This document shows positions 21,205 through 31,476 of a stretch of 64,000 nucleotides of DNA, in pieces (within the stretch, counting starts at the first letter, position 1; every line of letters starts with the position of its first letter). This stretch comes from a bacterium (lineage in GTDB: Archaea; Thermoplasmatota; E2; JACPAO01; JAHFTW01), in contig JAZJZE010000009.1 in NCBI GenBank assembly GCA_040390065.1, forward strand, positions 64,001 through 128,000. Direction: 5' to 3'. The notes below the pieces were generated by a model. It was not told the origin of the DNA, made no database searches, and worked only from the letters and a program-made list of their open reading frames with translations. The position numbers and the translations under genes are program-made.

Positions 21205-21411
21205 CGCTCCGCTTCGCCATCTTGGATTCCCACATGGAACTCGCCGGCGTCGGAGGCAGACGAATCCCTCACCCAGCGTGGACAAGCAGGTTGGCACGCA
21301 TGCGGGCCCAGCCGTCAACCCCTTGAGCGGGTATTCCGCGGCGTATCGGTTGCATCTGTTGACCGGTCGGCTTCGTGACGCCGCGGAACCGGCCTGCCCT
21401 TCCCCTTCCGT

Positions 21412-21861
21412 CTAGTCCTCGAGCCGCGGCGCGAACCCTTCTTTCACGACGTTCAGCACCAGTCGCGTGCGCGTCTCCTTGACGTGTTTGTGCTGCAGCG
21501 TGCCCTTGACGAAGCGGTCGAGGTCGGGCGTGTCCTTGAATTTCCCGACGAAGACGGTGTCCATCTCGCCGGTGACGTCGTAGACGGCGACGATGTGCGG
21601 GTCTTTGGCGAGTTCCTGTTGCACTTCGCTGAGGTGGCCGCCGGCGATCTTCATCTCGATCAAGGCGCAGATGCCGAAGCCCAGTTTCTGCGCGTCCACC
21701 TCGGGCAGGAAGCGTTTGATGATGCCGGACTCGCGCAGGCGCTTGATGCGGTTGTGCACGGTGCCGACCGTCGTCCCGGCTTGCGCCGCGATTTCGCGGA
21801 AGGGCGTGTGGGCGTCCTTCATGAGGATGCCCAGGATGCGGCGGTCCAGCGCGTCAATCAC
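21412..21861 (-). CDS. Lrp/AsnC family transcriptional regulator
   Basis: DALDRRILGIL...PFREIA...GTVHNRIKRL.ESGII HTH; YDVTGEMD in the RAM domain. Confidence 0.93.
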   Translation of the reverse strand: MIDALDRRILGILMKDAHTPFREIAAQAGTTVGTVHNRIKRLRESGIIKRFLPEVDAQKLGFGICALIEMKIAGGHLSEVQQELAKDPHIVAVYDVTGEMDTVFVGKFKDTPDLDRFVKGTLQHKHVKETRTRLVLNVVKEGFAPRLED

Positions 21862-22019
21862 GGGTACGCTTCAAGCCTGAACATGGTTTAGAAAGCTGCC
21901 GCAACGATGCAACGGCGTCCAACGGTCTTGGCCTCCTGGATTCCTCCTGGGCCACGTGCAACCCGCCAGCCGTTTACCGGCAAGCCGCAAGTGACGGTGC
22001 AAGCCAAGACCGATGCGCG

Positions 22020-22165
22020 GCCACGTCAACCTCCGCCGGCGGCGCCGGCACCGAGGTGGCCGGGTGGCTGCGCGTGGGAGGCCTGTGAGAACAGGAATCT
22101 CGTGGACGGAAGGGGAATGGATTCCTGTTCTCCTATGGTCTCCGGTTCTCCCAGGCCGCCCACAC
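22020..22165 (-). repeat. Intergenic palindromic repeat family, copy D (core 22072-22165)
   Basis: GCGTGGGAGGCCTGTGAGAAC ... GTTCTCCCAGGCCGCCCACAC 21-bp imperfect inverted arms. Confidence 0.85.
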
Positions 22166-22184
22166 TTCGCACGGCGGCGCTGGA

Positions 22185-23141
22185 CTACGCCAATCTCTCG
22201 AACAAGTCCGCCACGAGGAGCGGCAACAGCACGGTCGCGTCGCCTTCGACGGTCTCCCAGACGGCGTCCTCCTTGACTTTTCCCCAACTCACGGCTTCGC
22301 GCACGCGGGCGCCGCTCAGGCTTCCATCCCATTCGGGTGCGCTCGTGATGTAGACGACGGTGTCGAGGCCGCCGCGGAACTGCGACCACCAGATGACGTG
22401 GTGCTTGGAGATGCCGCCGCCGATCATGAGGGAGCCCAGGCGTTTGGCGCCGAAGACGAAGTCGGAGAGTTCCTGCTCGTCCTTGAGGAGGTCGAAGCGG
22501 ATGTCGCGGTGCTGCTGGTACGTCATCCAGACCTGCGCGCCCACGGATCCGTCGGTCGGGCCCGGCACGAAGACTGGGATCTTGTTCTTCCACGCCCAGT
22601 ACAGGATGGATTCCTCGTGGTTCTCCTCGCGGCCGGCCCATTCGCCGAGTTTCGCGCAGAGTTCGCGCGTGCCGAAATGCTTGGCCCCGGATTGGTACCA
22701 CTCCTCCAAGAGCGGCCGGAGCTTCGCCTCGAGGACTTCGCCGTAGGACGTGTTGGGGACGAGGACGTTGCCGAGGCGGTTGACGCCGGCCTGGTGGAGT
22801 TGGCGGTCGTCCATTTCGAACGACCCGGAAAGGTACGGCTCCCACAGCCGGGCGAGGTCGTGGTCGAGGGTGCCGCACGTTGTGATGATGCAGTCGACGA
22901 GTTTGTGCTTCACGAGGTCACGGATGACGCCGCGCGTGCCCGTCGCGCAGAGCGCCGCCGGGAAACTGAGGATGACTTTCTCGTCCTTGTTGGCGACCAT
23001 GCGGTGCAGCATGTCCGAGGCGTCGGCGAGTTTCTTCGCCGTGAAGCCTCCGGCAGCCGACCACTGCTCCATGAGTTGGCGAACCCGCAGCGGCTTCGCA
23101 ACCGAGAGGTCCTTGACTTCCGGATGCGCAGACAGGTCCAC
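22185..23141 (-). CDS. dys: Deoxyhypusine synthase
   Basis: GVNRLGNV, P.PTDGSVG, IGGGISKHH and DGSLSGARVREAVSWGK (catalytic Lys) motifs; GTG start inferred. Confidence 0.95.
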   Translation of the reverse strand: MDLSAHPEVKDLSVAKPLRVRQLMEQWSAAGGFTAKKLADASDMLHRMVANKDEKVILSFPAALCATGTRGVIRDLVKHKLVDCIITTCGTLDHDLARLWEPYLSGSFEMDDRQLHQAGVNRLGNVLVPNTSYGEVLEAKLRPLLEEWYQSGAKHFGTRELCAKLGEWAGREENHEESILYWAWKNKIPVFVPGPTDGSVGAQVWMTYQQHRDIRFDLLKDEQELSDFVFGAKRLGSLMIGGGISKHHVIWWSQFRGGLDTVVYITSAPEWDGSLSGARVREAVSWGKVKEDAVWETVEGDATVLLPLLVADLFERLA

Positions 23142-23321
23142 GGCCGGGCGACGCCGGGGCAGGGTTTCAAGCTGTTGCGCGGTGGCCGGGTGCCACGGTG
23201 AATCCAATGCGCACCGATGCACCAATGTGAATCCGTGTCATGCCCGACCATGCATTGGGGTTGGATTCATTGGGCCGCATGGGAGCCGTCGGCTTTCCAT
23301 CGATTGCGAAGCAGGCGGCCA

Positions 23322-24557
23322 TCACGCCGCGGCGATGTCCTTGTGCGGCAGGGGCGTCCGCTCGACCTCGATGCGCGTCGCGGTCGGGTGCACTTCGCTA
23401 AGCCAACCGGTGCAACCCAAAGCCTCGAACTCGCCGGCATCGGCCAGCTCTTCTGCCACGGCGGGCGCGGTCTCGATGCGGTCGCCCACGACGGCGACCC
23501 AGTCGATGGGCACCTCGTACTCCGTGCGCAGCCGCTCGGCCAATTCGCCAAGGGCACCATCGGCCCGCGACGTGGGCTGCAGGACGCCGAAGACGAGCGT
23601 TCCCTCCTCCGTCTGCTCGTCGAAGGGGCGCATGGTGCGGTCGGCGCGGCGGCGGAAGCGCTGCATGAGTTGGATGGCGTCCTTGTATGGGCTGCTGCAG
23701 AAGTGCACTGCAAAGCGCGACGTGCCCCGGCTTGCGCCCATCGTGCCGCGCCCACGGGCGTCGCTTGACCACGCCGCAAGAACGCGTTCCCCCGTGGCGC
23801 GGCTGCCAGCCACGCGCTGCGACTCGTCGTCGGCCGACTGATAGCCGCGACGCCGCAGTTCGGCCACGTTGGGGTCGGAGAATTCGAGTTCGTTGAGGTT
23901 GAGGCCATTGCACCCGGCCGCTTCGGCCCAGCGCGCCATGGCAAGGATGTCGTCTTCGTGATTGGGGATGCAGGGCACCTCGATTGTCGCCGTGAGTCCG
24001 ACGCGGACGGCTTCGGCGACGGCGGGGGCGTGCCACGATTTGCCCATCGCGGCGAAATCGGAGACCTCGGGGTGGAAGCGCATCTCGTCGAGGCCGGCCT
24101 CCTTGAGTTTGGCGATCCACGCGAGGTCGAAGGCGCAACTCGTGTAGAGGTGGATGTGGAACTGCGGGCCGTAGGCGGACTTGAGGGCTTTCACGACGTC
24201 GACGACGCGGTCCGGGACGACCATGGGGTCACCGCCGGTGATGCCGGCGCCCTTCGCCCCAATGAGGTTGCATTCGTCGAGAAGGTCCCGCCACCGGATG
24301 GCGTCCGGCTGACCGGCCGGTCCCGGATGGATGGGGCGCTCGTTGGCGAAGATGACGTCGCGGTACATCTTGTCGCGGGACACGGGGCAGTAGAAGCACT
24401 CCTTGTCGCACAGGCCCGTCACGAACAGCACGAGTTTGGCGCCTTCACGGCACTGCATGCAGCCCATGGGAAGGACGCCCACGTGTTGACTGCCGGCGTA
24501 TTTCTCACCCGCCATGGGCAACTGCACCAGGTCTGGCCCTCCGAGGGGGTGCGCCAC
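23322..24557 (-). CDS. Radical SAM protein (archaeal COG2108-like)
   Basis: GC..C.EGAKLVLFVTGLCDKECFYCP (CxxxCxxC), ITGGDP, HIHLYT, GLDEMRFHP and NLNELE. Confidence 0.88.
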   Translation of the reverse strand: MAHPLGGPDLVQLPMAGEKYAGSQHVGVLPMGCMQCREGAKLVLFVTGLCDKECFYCPVSRDKMYRDVIFANERPIHPGPAGQPDAIRWRDLLDECNLIGAKGAGITGGDPMVVPDRVVDVVKALKSAYGPQFHIHLYTSCAFDLAWIAKLKEAGLDEMRFHPEVSDFAAMGKSWHAPAVAEAVRVGLTATIEVPCIPNHEDDILAMARWAEAAGCNGLNLNELEFSDPNVAELRRRGYQSADDESQRVAGSRATGERVLAAWSSDARGRGTMGASRGTSRFAVHFCSSPYKDAIQLMQRFRRRADRTMRPFDEQTEEGTLVFGVLQPTSRADGALGELAERLRTEYEVPIDWVAVVGDRIETAPAVAEELADAGEFEALGCTGWLSEVHPTATRIEVERTPLPHKDIAAA

Positions 24558-24611
24558 GGCGCTTTCCAGGGCTGCACCGGTATAAGCCCTATGGCGTTGC
24601 GGTCGACGGCC

Positions 24612-24851
24612 TTAGCGGATCCAGGACGCCACGGGGTGCTGGTAGTCCATCATCTCGCCCAGGGTCGCCATCGTCGGTGCCGGGGGAAGGCCCCATTGCG
24701 CCACGGTCCATCCGCTTGGGTTGGCCTCGCGGCGGCCGTGTTCTGGGCAGTGGTACGATTCCGTGGCAAGGCCATGGTGCGTGCTGATGGTGCGGGCCAC
24801 GGAGTTGCCGCAGACTGGGCAAGCGCCGGTGGCGAGTCTCATGCGGGCCAT
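24612..24851 (-). CDS. Small Zn-ribbon-like protein
   Basis: 79-aa ORF filling the intergenic gap, with CPVC...HCPEH. Confidence 0.55.
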   Translation of the reverse strand: MARMRLATGACPVCGNSVARTISTHHGLATESYHCPEHGRREANPSGWTVAQWGLPPAPTMATLGEMMDYQHPVASWIR

Positions 24852-24950
24852 GATGGGAAGAAGCCGGGGGTGGTATTCGGCATCTCGGGCCGGGCGAGTG
24901 AAAGTACCACGCGCCGCAGCCATCATATGGGGGCGTTGCAAGTCCCGGCT

Positions 24951-26525
24951 ATGCTTCGCCCCCTTGCCGTGACGTGCGCCTTGGCCATGCTGGTGCCGCT
25001 GCTTGCTGGCTGCTCCACGCCCGCACCGCCGCCGCCCCCCGCGCCGGCGTCGGCCCTGATCCACGTCGTCGACCTCGACGGCCACGCGGTCCCGTACGCG
25101 GCCGTGGCGGTCCGGCATGGCAGCACGACCGTCCTGGTTTTCAGCGCCGACAAGGACGGCACCCTCAGCCGCGACCTCGTCTCCGATGCGGCCACGCGCG
25201 TGCGCGTCGCGAAGCACGGCTACCTGCAGGAGGAGTTCCAGGGCGGTCAACTGGGCGCAGTGGTGACGCTGCCGCCGGCCCCGGACGGCCTGTCGTCGGA
25301 ACTGAACCGCGCGGGCATCCTGGCCTTCGACCCTCCCGTCGACCTCCTGTGCACGCAGCCGGACCAAGTACCCGGCCAAGCCGAATGCGGCCAGTTCGGC
25401 GAGCCCGTCGTCGAAGTCGCCGGCGACGGCGCCATCTGGGCAAGTGCAACGTGCTGCATCGGCAAGGCGCCACCGATCTGGACGTCGCGCGACCACGGCA
25501 AGACCTTCCAGCAGTTGCGCAACCCCGACACGGGCTTGGTGCGCGACTCCTTCGGCATCGAAGGCGACTTCGCCATGGACGACGTCGGCAACGTCTACTT
25601 CTTCGACATCAGTGCAGCCACGATCTGGTTCACGAGCTACAAGGCCGACGGCACGCACCGCTGGACCGTGCCCTGGGCGGGCCCGCCGCTGGTCGACCGC
25701 CCGTGGGTGCGCGCCGGCGCCGAGAACCACGTCTGGCTGTTCTACAACACCGGCTCGGCCACGAACGAGTACGCAAGCGTCGACGGCGGCATGACGTGGA
25801 GCCCGACGCCGGTGCACTCCTTCCCCCTTTGCCTCGGCAATCCAGGGCAGGGGCCAGCCCGCGACGACCTCTACCTCGCTGCGGCGTGCGGCGACAAACT
25901 CATGGTCTGGACCAGCCACGACGGCGGCGTGACGTGGGACGCCGGCGACGAAGTCCCCATGCCCGACGTGCCGTACAGCGAGACGAACGGCCGCGGCATC
26001 GAAGTGATGAACCCGTCGACTGCCGACGAGGCCGGCAACCTGTACGTCCCCTTCACGCACTTCGTCGACGCGAAGAATGCCCAGAATGCAGTCTTCATGG
26101 CGCGCCGCGACGCCGCGGGCAACTGGTCGGTGCCGGCGCAGGTCTCGCCGGCGGGGATGAACCACCTGCCATGGCCCGCTGCCGGACGCGCCGGCCACGT
26201 CGGCTTTGCCTGGTACTTCTCCGAGGGGACCTTCACTCGCGAGCAGGACGCGGACTGGCGGCTCTGGGCCGCGGCCAGCGTCGATGCCGATGCGGGCAGC
26301 CCGCACTACCAAATCACCGTCGTGGACCCGACCATCCTGCAGCACGGCGGCTTCGGGCGTTCGCTTGGCGACTTCATCGAGGCCGACCTGACACCGGACG
26401 GCAAGATCGTGATCGTCTACGCCAAACGCGTCGAGGGCAACCTCGTCAACGTCTTTGCCCAGACGGACGGCATGCTGGAATTGACGCCGCAGGTCTTCCG
26501 AAACGGGCCGCACCCGAACAAGTAG
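24951..26525 (+). CDS. Lipoprotein with BNR/Asp-box (sialidase-like beta-propeller) repeats
   Basis: LLAGC lipobox; Asp boxes SRDHGKTF, SVDGGMTW and SHDGGVTW. Confidence 0.8.
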   Translation: MLRPLAVTCALAMLVPLLAGCSTPAPPPPPAPASALIHVVDLDGHAVPYAAVAVRHGSTTVLVFSADKDGTLSRDLVSDAATRVRVAKHGYLQEEFQGGQLGAVVTLPPAPDGLSSELNRAGILAFDPPVDLLCTQPDQVPGQAECGQFGEPVVEVAGDGAIWASATCCIGKAPPIWTSRDHGKTFQQLRNPDTGLVRDSFGIEGDFAMDDVGNVYFFDISAATIWFTSYKADGTHRWTVPWAGPPLVDRPWVRAGAENHVWLFYNTGSATNEYASVDGGMTWSPTPVHSFPLCLGNPGQGPARDDLYLAAACGDKLMVWTSHDGGVTWDAGDEVPMPDVPYSETNGRGIEVMNPSTADEAGNLYVPFTHFVDAKNAQNAVFMARRDAAGNWSVPAQVSPAGMNHLPWPAAGRAGHVGFAWYFSEGTFTREQDADWRLWAAASVDADAGSPHYQITVVDPTILQHGGFGRSLGDFIEADLTPDGKIVIVYAKRVEGNLVNVFAQTDGMLELTPQVFRNGPHPNK

Positions 26526-26528
26526 GCG

Positions 26529-26879
26529 CTAGCGCCACGTCGAGTAGCGGTCGAGGATGTTGAGGATCTTCTGCTGCGTCGCGGCGTCGACGATCTTCTC
26601 CTTGACCTTGTCGTTGAGCCAGACCTTGGCTTCCTGCACGGCGTCGCGCGAGCCCTTCGCCCACATCGTCTGGATGAGGGAGTTGTGCTGCTCCGGCGCC
26701 ACGGGGCTGGCCTTCAGGATGTCCTGCAGGTCGTACTTGAAGTAGTTCGCCTTGGATTGGTCGAGCATCTTCTCGCGTTGTCGCGACTCGCGGGAGTTGC
26801 GGTTGGCTTGGTTGTGCTTGGGCGGACGCGGGGTGCCGGGGACGGCCGGGACTCGGGGTGCGCGCAAGCGACGTGCCAC
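26529..26879 (-). CDS. Hypothetical small helical protein
   Basis: Typical codon usage; TTTATA about 25 nt upstream of GTG 26879; alternative ATG at 26768. Confidence 0.7.
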   Translation of the reverse strand: MARRLRAPRVPAVPGTPRPPKHNQANRNSRESRQREKMLDQSKANYFKYDLQDILKASPVAPEQHNSLIQTMWAKGSRDAVQEAKVWLNDKVKEKIVDAATQQKILNILDRYSTWR

Positions 26880-27012
26880 ATCGACGGCTTAGCCACCGCG
26901 GTATAAAGGCGGGACGGTGGTGGCCCATTGCCGCCGAGGCCGGCCAGCACGCGCCCTGCCGCCGCGGTCGAAAGCCCGCCACGCTCATGTGCGGCCGGCC
27001 CGTGCCGCCATC

Positions 27013-28275
27013 GTGCCGAAGGCAACGCCCCGCGCCGCCCCGATTGCCGATGCCGAGGAGGGCGCCCGGCGCATCGCTTGGGCGGGCCGCCACATGGAAC
27101 TGCTGGCCGCCATCCGCACGCGCCTCGAGGACGAACAGCCCTTCGACGGCCTGCGCATCGGTTTGGCGTTGCACGTCGAAGCCAAGACCGCGAACCTCGC
27201 TCTCGCGCTGCAGGCGGGCGGGGCCGACGTGCGGCTTGCCGGCTGCAACCCGGAGTCGACGGATGACCGCGTCGTGGCGGCGCTCAACGCACAGGGGCTT
27301 CCGACGCGCGCCCGCAAGGGCCAGTCGTCGCAGGAGTACTACGCGGCACTCGACTGGGTGCTCGATGGCAAGCCGCACCTCGTCGTCGACGACGGCGGCG
27401 ACCTCGCGTTCCTCGCCCACGGCAAGCGCCGCGACGTGCTGCGCGGCATCCGCGGCGGGGCGGAAGAGACCACGACGGGCGTTCTGCGGCTGCGCGCCAT
27501 GGCCGCCGACGGCAAACTCAAGTTCCCCGTGCTCGACGTCAACGGCGCACAGATGAAGCACCTCTTCGACAACCGCTACGGCACGGGGCAATCCACGTTC
27601 GACGGCATCTTCCACGCCACGAACCTCCTCATCGCGGGCAAGAACGTCGTCGTCGCAGGGTACGGTTGGTGCGGCCGCGGCATCGCGGCGCGAGCCAAGG
27701 GGCTGGGAGCCACGGTGACGGTGACCGAGGTCGACCCGGTGAAGGCCATCGAGGCACGCCTCGACGGGCACCAGGTCGCCACGATGGAGCAGGCTTGCAA
27801 GACCGCGGACTTCATCGTCACGGCCACCGGCTGCAATGCCGTCATCGATGCCCGGCACGTCCCGCATCTCAAGGACGGCGTGGTGCTCGCCAACGCCGGC
27901 CACTTCGACAACGAGGTCGACAAGCCCAGCCTCAAGAAAGCCTCCCGCAGCGTCCAGACGGTCCGCGAGGGCGTGACGGAGTACCTGTTGCGCGACGGCC
28001 GCACCATCCACCTCCTCGCCGACGGCCGCCTCGTCAACCTCGCATCAGGGCAAGGCCACCCCGTCGAGATCATGGACATGAGTTTCAGCCTGCAGGCCCT
28101 CGCACTCGAACACCTCGCGAAGAACGCGGCCACGATGAAACCGGGCGTGCACGCCCTGCCGACGGACCTCGACCAGGAAGTGGCCCGCCTCAAACTGGCG
28201 ACGCTGGGCATGTCCATCGACACGCTCACCAAAGGCCAGCGCGCCTACCTCTCGGGCTGGGAGCATGGAACATGA
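27013..28275 (+). CDS. ahcY: Adenosylhomocysteinase
   Basis: LHVEAKT, CNPEST, DDGGD, EETTTG, KHLFDNRYGTGQS, GYGWCGRG and GRLVNL..GQGHP motifs; start approximate. Confidence 0.97.
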   Translation: MPKATPRAAPIADAEEGARRIAWAGRHMELLAAIRTRLEDEQPFDGLRIGLALHVEAKTANLALALQAGGADVRLAGCNPESTDDRVVAALNAQGLPTRARKGQSSQEYYAALDWVLDGKPHLVVDDGGDLAFLAHGKRRDVLRGIRGGAEETTTGVLRLRAMAADGKLKFPVLDVNGAQMKHLFDNRYGTGQSTFDGIFHATNLLIAGKNVVVAGYGWCGRGIAARAKGLGATVTVTEVDPVKAIEARLDGHQVATMEQACKTADFIVTATGCNAVIDARHVPHLKDGVVLANAGHFDNEVDKPSLKKASRSVQTVREGVTEYLLRDGRTIHLLADGRLVNLASGQGHPVEIMDMSFSLQALALEHLAKNAATMKPGVHALPTDLDQEVARLKLATLGMSIDTLTKGQRAYLSGWEHGT

Positions 28276-29228
28276 GCGTCGCTGCCACGAACGGCCAAGG
28301 CGCCGCACCCTTCGTCGCCATCCTCGGCCACAGCAACCTCGACATCCACTTGCAAGTCAAGGACTTGCCCAAGCCCGGCCAGAGCAGCGCCGTCCTGCAC
28401 CGGCGCACGGCGTGGGGTGGCACGGCTGCCAACATCGCGCACCAAGCCGCCGGCCTTGGCGTGCCCGCACGACTGTGGTCACTCGTCGGCGACGATTTCC
28501 CCCCGGCATGGCGCCAGGCCCTGACCCTTGCCGGCGTCGACACCGCTGGGCTGCGCGAAGTCCCGGGGCGGGCAACCCCGACCTGCTTCGTGGTCACGGA
28601 CCTCCTGGACCGCCAGAGCTACCTCATGGACGAGGGGGCGATGGCGGACATGGCGCAGAACGCACCGGACGCAGCCGTCCTGGACGGCATCGCCGCCGGC
28701 GGCTGGCTGCACATGGCGACAGGCGACCCGCTCGTGTACGCCGTCGCAGCCGACGCGGCACGTGAACGCGGCCTCCAGGTGGCCCTCGACCCTGGCCAGG
28801 AGATGCGTTGGCGGTACGACCGCCGCGCCTTCGAGGGTTTGCTGAACCTGAGCCACGCCTTCTTCGTGAACGAGGAGGAGTTGCGCGTCGCCGCCGACTT
28901 CCTGCGCTACGGCGCGCCGGAACAGTTTCTGGACCACGTCGACACCGTCGTCGTGACGCGGGGCGCAAGCGGAGCGAGCCTGTACCGGCGCAAGGCCAAG
29001 ACGCTGCACTTGCCCGCATTCCCGACGAAGATCGTGGACCCGACAGGGGCCGGTGACGCCGTCCGCGCCGGATGGTACGCAGCCCTGCATGCGGGCAAGC
29101 CGATGGAGACGGCTTTGCGGTGGGGCCTTGCGGCGGCGAGCCTCGTCGTCCGCCATGTCGGGGGCCAGACCCACGTCGTGACGCGCGCAGAACTCGACGC
29201 CGTGCTGGCGACCACCTCGGCGGCGTAG
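28272..29228 (+). CDS. PfkB family kinase (probable nucleoside kinase)
   Basis: GGTAANIA, DPGQ, NEEE and VDPTGAGD motifs; ATGA overlap with ahcY. Confidence 0.9.
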   Translation: MSVAATNGQGAAPFVAILGHSNLDIHLQVKDLPKPGQSSAVLHRRTAWGGTAANIAHQAAGLGVPARLWSLVGDDFPPAWRQALTLAGVDTAGLREVPGRATPTCFVVTDLLDRQSYLMDEGAMADMAQNAPDAAVLDGIAAGGWLHMATGDPLVYAVAADAARERGLQVALDPGQEMRWRYDRRAFEGLLNLSHAFFVNEEELRVAADFLRYGAPEQFLDHVDTVVVTRGASGASLYRRKAKTLHLPAFPTKIVDPTGAGDAVRAGWYAALHAGKPMETALRWGLAAASLVVRHVGGQTHVVTRAELDAVLATTSAA

Positions 29229-29229
29229 C

Positions 29230-30240
29230 CTACAGGTGGGCCACCACGCCGAGGCCGCCGCGGAAGGCGCCGAAGACGGTGGGGTCCTGCAGCAGCGGTA
29301 CGACCTCGTAGCCCACCACGGGCGGGCCGGCAGTCGGCTGTGGCATCAAGATCGCCCGCAAAGCCGCGCCGACGCGCGTCGGTTCGGCAAACCGCGTCCC
29401 GGCGTACCCTTGCCGGACCTCACGGATCTCGAAGCCCACGACGTGTTGGCCCGGCGCATCCGCCGGCGCGCCCCACTGCACGAGCGTGCTACCGCCAGCG
29501 GCGGGCGTGGCCGACGCCCACGGGACCCGCGGGCCCATCTCGACCCAGTGCTCCTTGATCTCATGTTGGATGGCGGGGTCGCCGGCAATCGGGGGCAAAG
29601 GCACGAGCACGTCCTGGGGCGGGGGGGCCGCCTCCTGCGTCAACCAGCCAGAGGCCGGTCGCGACGGGGCGGCGGGGCCGGCCGGTACAGGCTCGGGCGG
29701 CCACGGTTCCGGCGCGGGCTCCTCCCCTGCGGCGGACGGCTCGGCAGGGGCGTCCGTCCACGTGGTCTCGGCGTCCCGCCACCCGGACCGGGCCTTGCGG
29801 CGCTGCGTGGCGATGATCCCCGTGGTTGCGGCCCCCAGGCCCACGACGGCGAGCGTCGCGAACACGAGGGGCAGCAGGCCGCCGCCGGAGTCGCCGCCCG
29901 ACGCGCCGCCCAAGTCGCCGCCGCCCGAGGATTGGACGGCGAAGCTCGACGTCTTGACGAGCGTGCCGTCGCAGTAGAGACGCATCGTATAGGTCCCGGT
30001 CCTGGTGAGGGTGAAGGAATGCGACCCTGCGGTTCCCTGTCCGGTCCAGTGCAGGGTCTCGGGGCCGGAGACTGCCGCCTCGAAGGCCATCGGGTCGCCG
30101 ACGAAGACGTCGAAGTTGGCCTCGACGTCGACGGGCGCCTGCCACGGCTGCGGGTCGGTCGGCACCGCGATGTAGGGCGTGCACGACGCCTGCGCAGCGG
30201 GAACCGCAACCAGGAGCAGGGCAGCGACCACCAGGCGCAC
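29230..30240 (-). CDS. Hypothetical single-pass membrane protein with Pro-rich tail
   Basis: Signal peptide ending AAQA, beta-rich domain, Gly linker, TM followed by RRK; GTG start inferred. Confidence 0.6.
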   Translation of the reverse strand: MRLVVAALLLVAVPAAQASCTPYIAVPTDPQPWQAPVDVEANFDVFVGDPMAFEAAVSGPETLHWTGQGTAGSHSFTLTRTGTYTMRLYCDGTLVKTSSFAVQSSGGGDLGGASGGDSGGGLLPLVFATLAVVGLGAATTGIIATQRRKARSGWRDAETTWTDAPAEPSAAGEEPAPEPWPPEPVPAGPAAPSRPASGWLTQEAAPPPQDVLVPLPPIAGDPAIQHEIKEHWVEMGPRVPWASATPAAGGSTLVQWGAPADAPGQHVVGFEIREVRQGYAGTRFAEPTRVGAALRAILMPQPTAGPPVVGYEVVPLLQDPTVFGAFRGGLGVVAHL

Positions 30241-30325
30241 GCGGGGCAAGCGGCCAAACCGGGCATAAGGGCTACGGCGGGCCGCCGTCGTCGCCATTTT
30301 GTAGCAATCCCTCCTGCCCGGCCCC

Positions 30326-31237
30326 GTGCCCGCCGCCGCCTCCATCCCTGAGGCCATCACGACGACCAGTCTGCCATTCAAGGTGTTCCGGCGCGGCAAG
30401 GTGCGCGACGTGTACGACCTCGGCGACAAGCTGCTCATGGTCGCGACGGACCGCATCTCCGCCTTCGACGTCGTGCTCGACCCCGGCATCCCGCAGAAGG
30501 GCGCCATCCTGACGCAATTGTCGAATTTCTGGTTCAAGCTGCTGCGCGACGAGGTCCCGAACCACCTCATCGCCACGGACGTCGCCAAGTACCCGAAGGA
30601 TTTGGCACCGCACGCGGCCTTGCTGCGCGGCCGCAGCGTCCTCGTCGAGAAGCTGAAGCCCATCCCCATCGAGTGCGTGGTGCGCGGCCACATCTCGGGC
30701 TCGGGGTGGAAGGAGTACCAGAAGAAGGGCAGCATCTGCGGCATCCCCTTGCCGGCGCAACTGCAGGAATCGCAGCGCCTGCCCGAGACCATCTTCACGC
30801 CGAGCACCAAGGCCGAAGTCGGGCACGACGAGAACATCTCCTTCGCGGACGCGGCCCACCTCGTCGGCGACGAGACCGCCGAGTACCTGCGGGACACGAG
30901 CATCCGCATCTATGAGCACGCGCGGCAGTACGCGGCGGCGCGCGGCATCATCATCGCCGACACCAAGTTCGAGTTCGGCACGCGCGACGACGGAACCATT
31001 GTCCTCATGGACGAGATCCTGACCCCGGACAGTTCGCGGTTCTGGCCGGCGGACCAGTTCGCTCCCGGCAAGGGGCAGCCGTCGTACGACAAGCAGTTCC
31101 TGCGCGACTGGCTGGAGACGCAGCCATGGGACAAGACGCCGCCCGGGCCCAAGCTGCCGCCGACCGTCGTGGCGGGGACGCAGAAGCGCTACCTCGAGGC
31201 GTACACCAAGATCACCGGCACGGCGTTCAGCCTTTAG
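30326..31237 (+). CDS. purC: Phosphoribosylaminoimidazolesuccinocarboxamide synthase
   Basis: GKVRDVY, ATDRISAFD, ECVVRG, FTPSTKA, IADTKFEFG, DEILTPDSSRFW and DKQFLRDWL. Confidence 0.97.
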   Translation: MPAAASIPEAITTTSLPFKVFRRGKVRDVYDLGDKLLMVATDRISAFDVVLDPGIPQKGAILTQLSNFWFKLLRDEVPNHLIATDVAKYPKDLAPHAALLRGRSVLVEKLKPIPIECVVRGHISGSGWKEYQKKGSICGIPLPAQLQESQRLPETIFTPSTKAEVGHDENISFADAAHLVGDETAEYLRDTSIRIYEHARQYAAARGIIIADTKFEFGTRDDGTIVLMDEILTPDSSRFWPADQFAPGKGQPSYDKQFLRDWLETQPWDKTPPGPKLPPTVVAGTQKRYLEAYTKITGTAFSL

Positions 31238-31386
31238 ACCCGGGAGAATCCGGCGACCGGCAATTGCGGCCTCCACGACGGCAATTTGGGCGAGGTGGCC
31301 GCGGGGCGCGTTTCGGCACCGACGGAACGGTCGATTCGACGGCTCGCAGCCACTGTACGTTCTGTGGAGTTCGCTGGAGCGGCTGT

Positions 31387-31476
31387 GTGTGGGAAGCCTT
31401 GGAAAACAGGAATCAAAGGGAGAGAAGGGGAATGGGTTCCTGTTCTCCGGCCGGCTCCTGTTCTCTCAGGCCGCCC
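31387..31476 (-). repeat. Intergenic palindromic repeat family, copy E
   Basis: GTGTGGGAAGCCTTGGAAAACAGGAA ... TTCCTGTTCTCC ... GTTCTCTCAGGCCGCCC. Confidence 0.8.

Noticed and set aside
19515-21326. 603-aa antisense ORF opposite gdhA, and similar long shadow ORFs (1594-3501, 13168-15846, 35252-37297, 41783-43252)
   Set aside because: Expected in high-GC DNA with strong codon bias; no recognisable motifs; they overlap well-supported genes.
23199-23285. Weak CCAATG/CATTGG repeats between dys and the radical SAM gene
   Set aside because: The pairing is short and irregular, and I could not distinguish it from chance.
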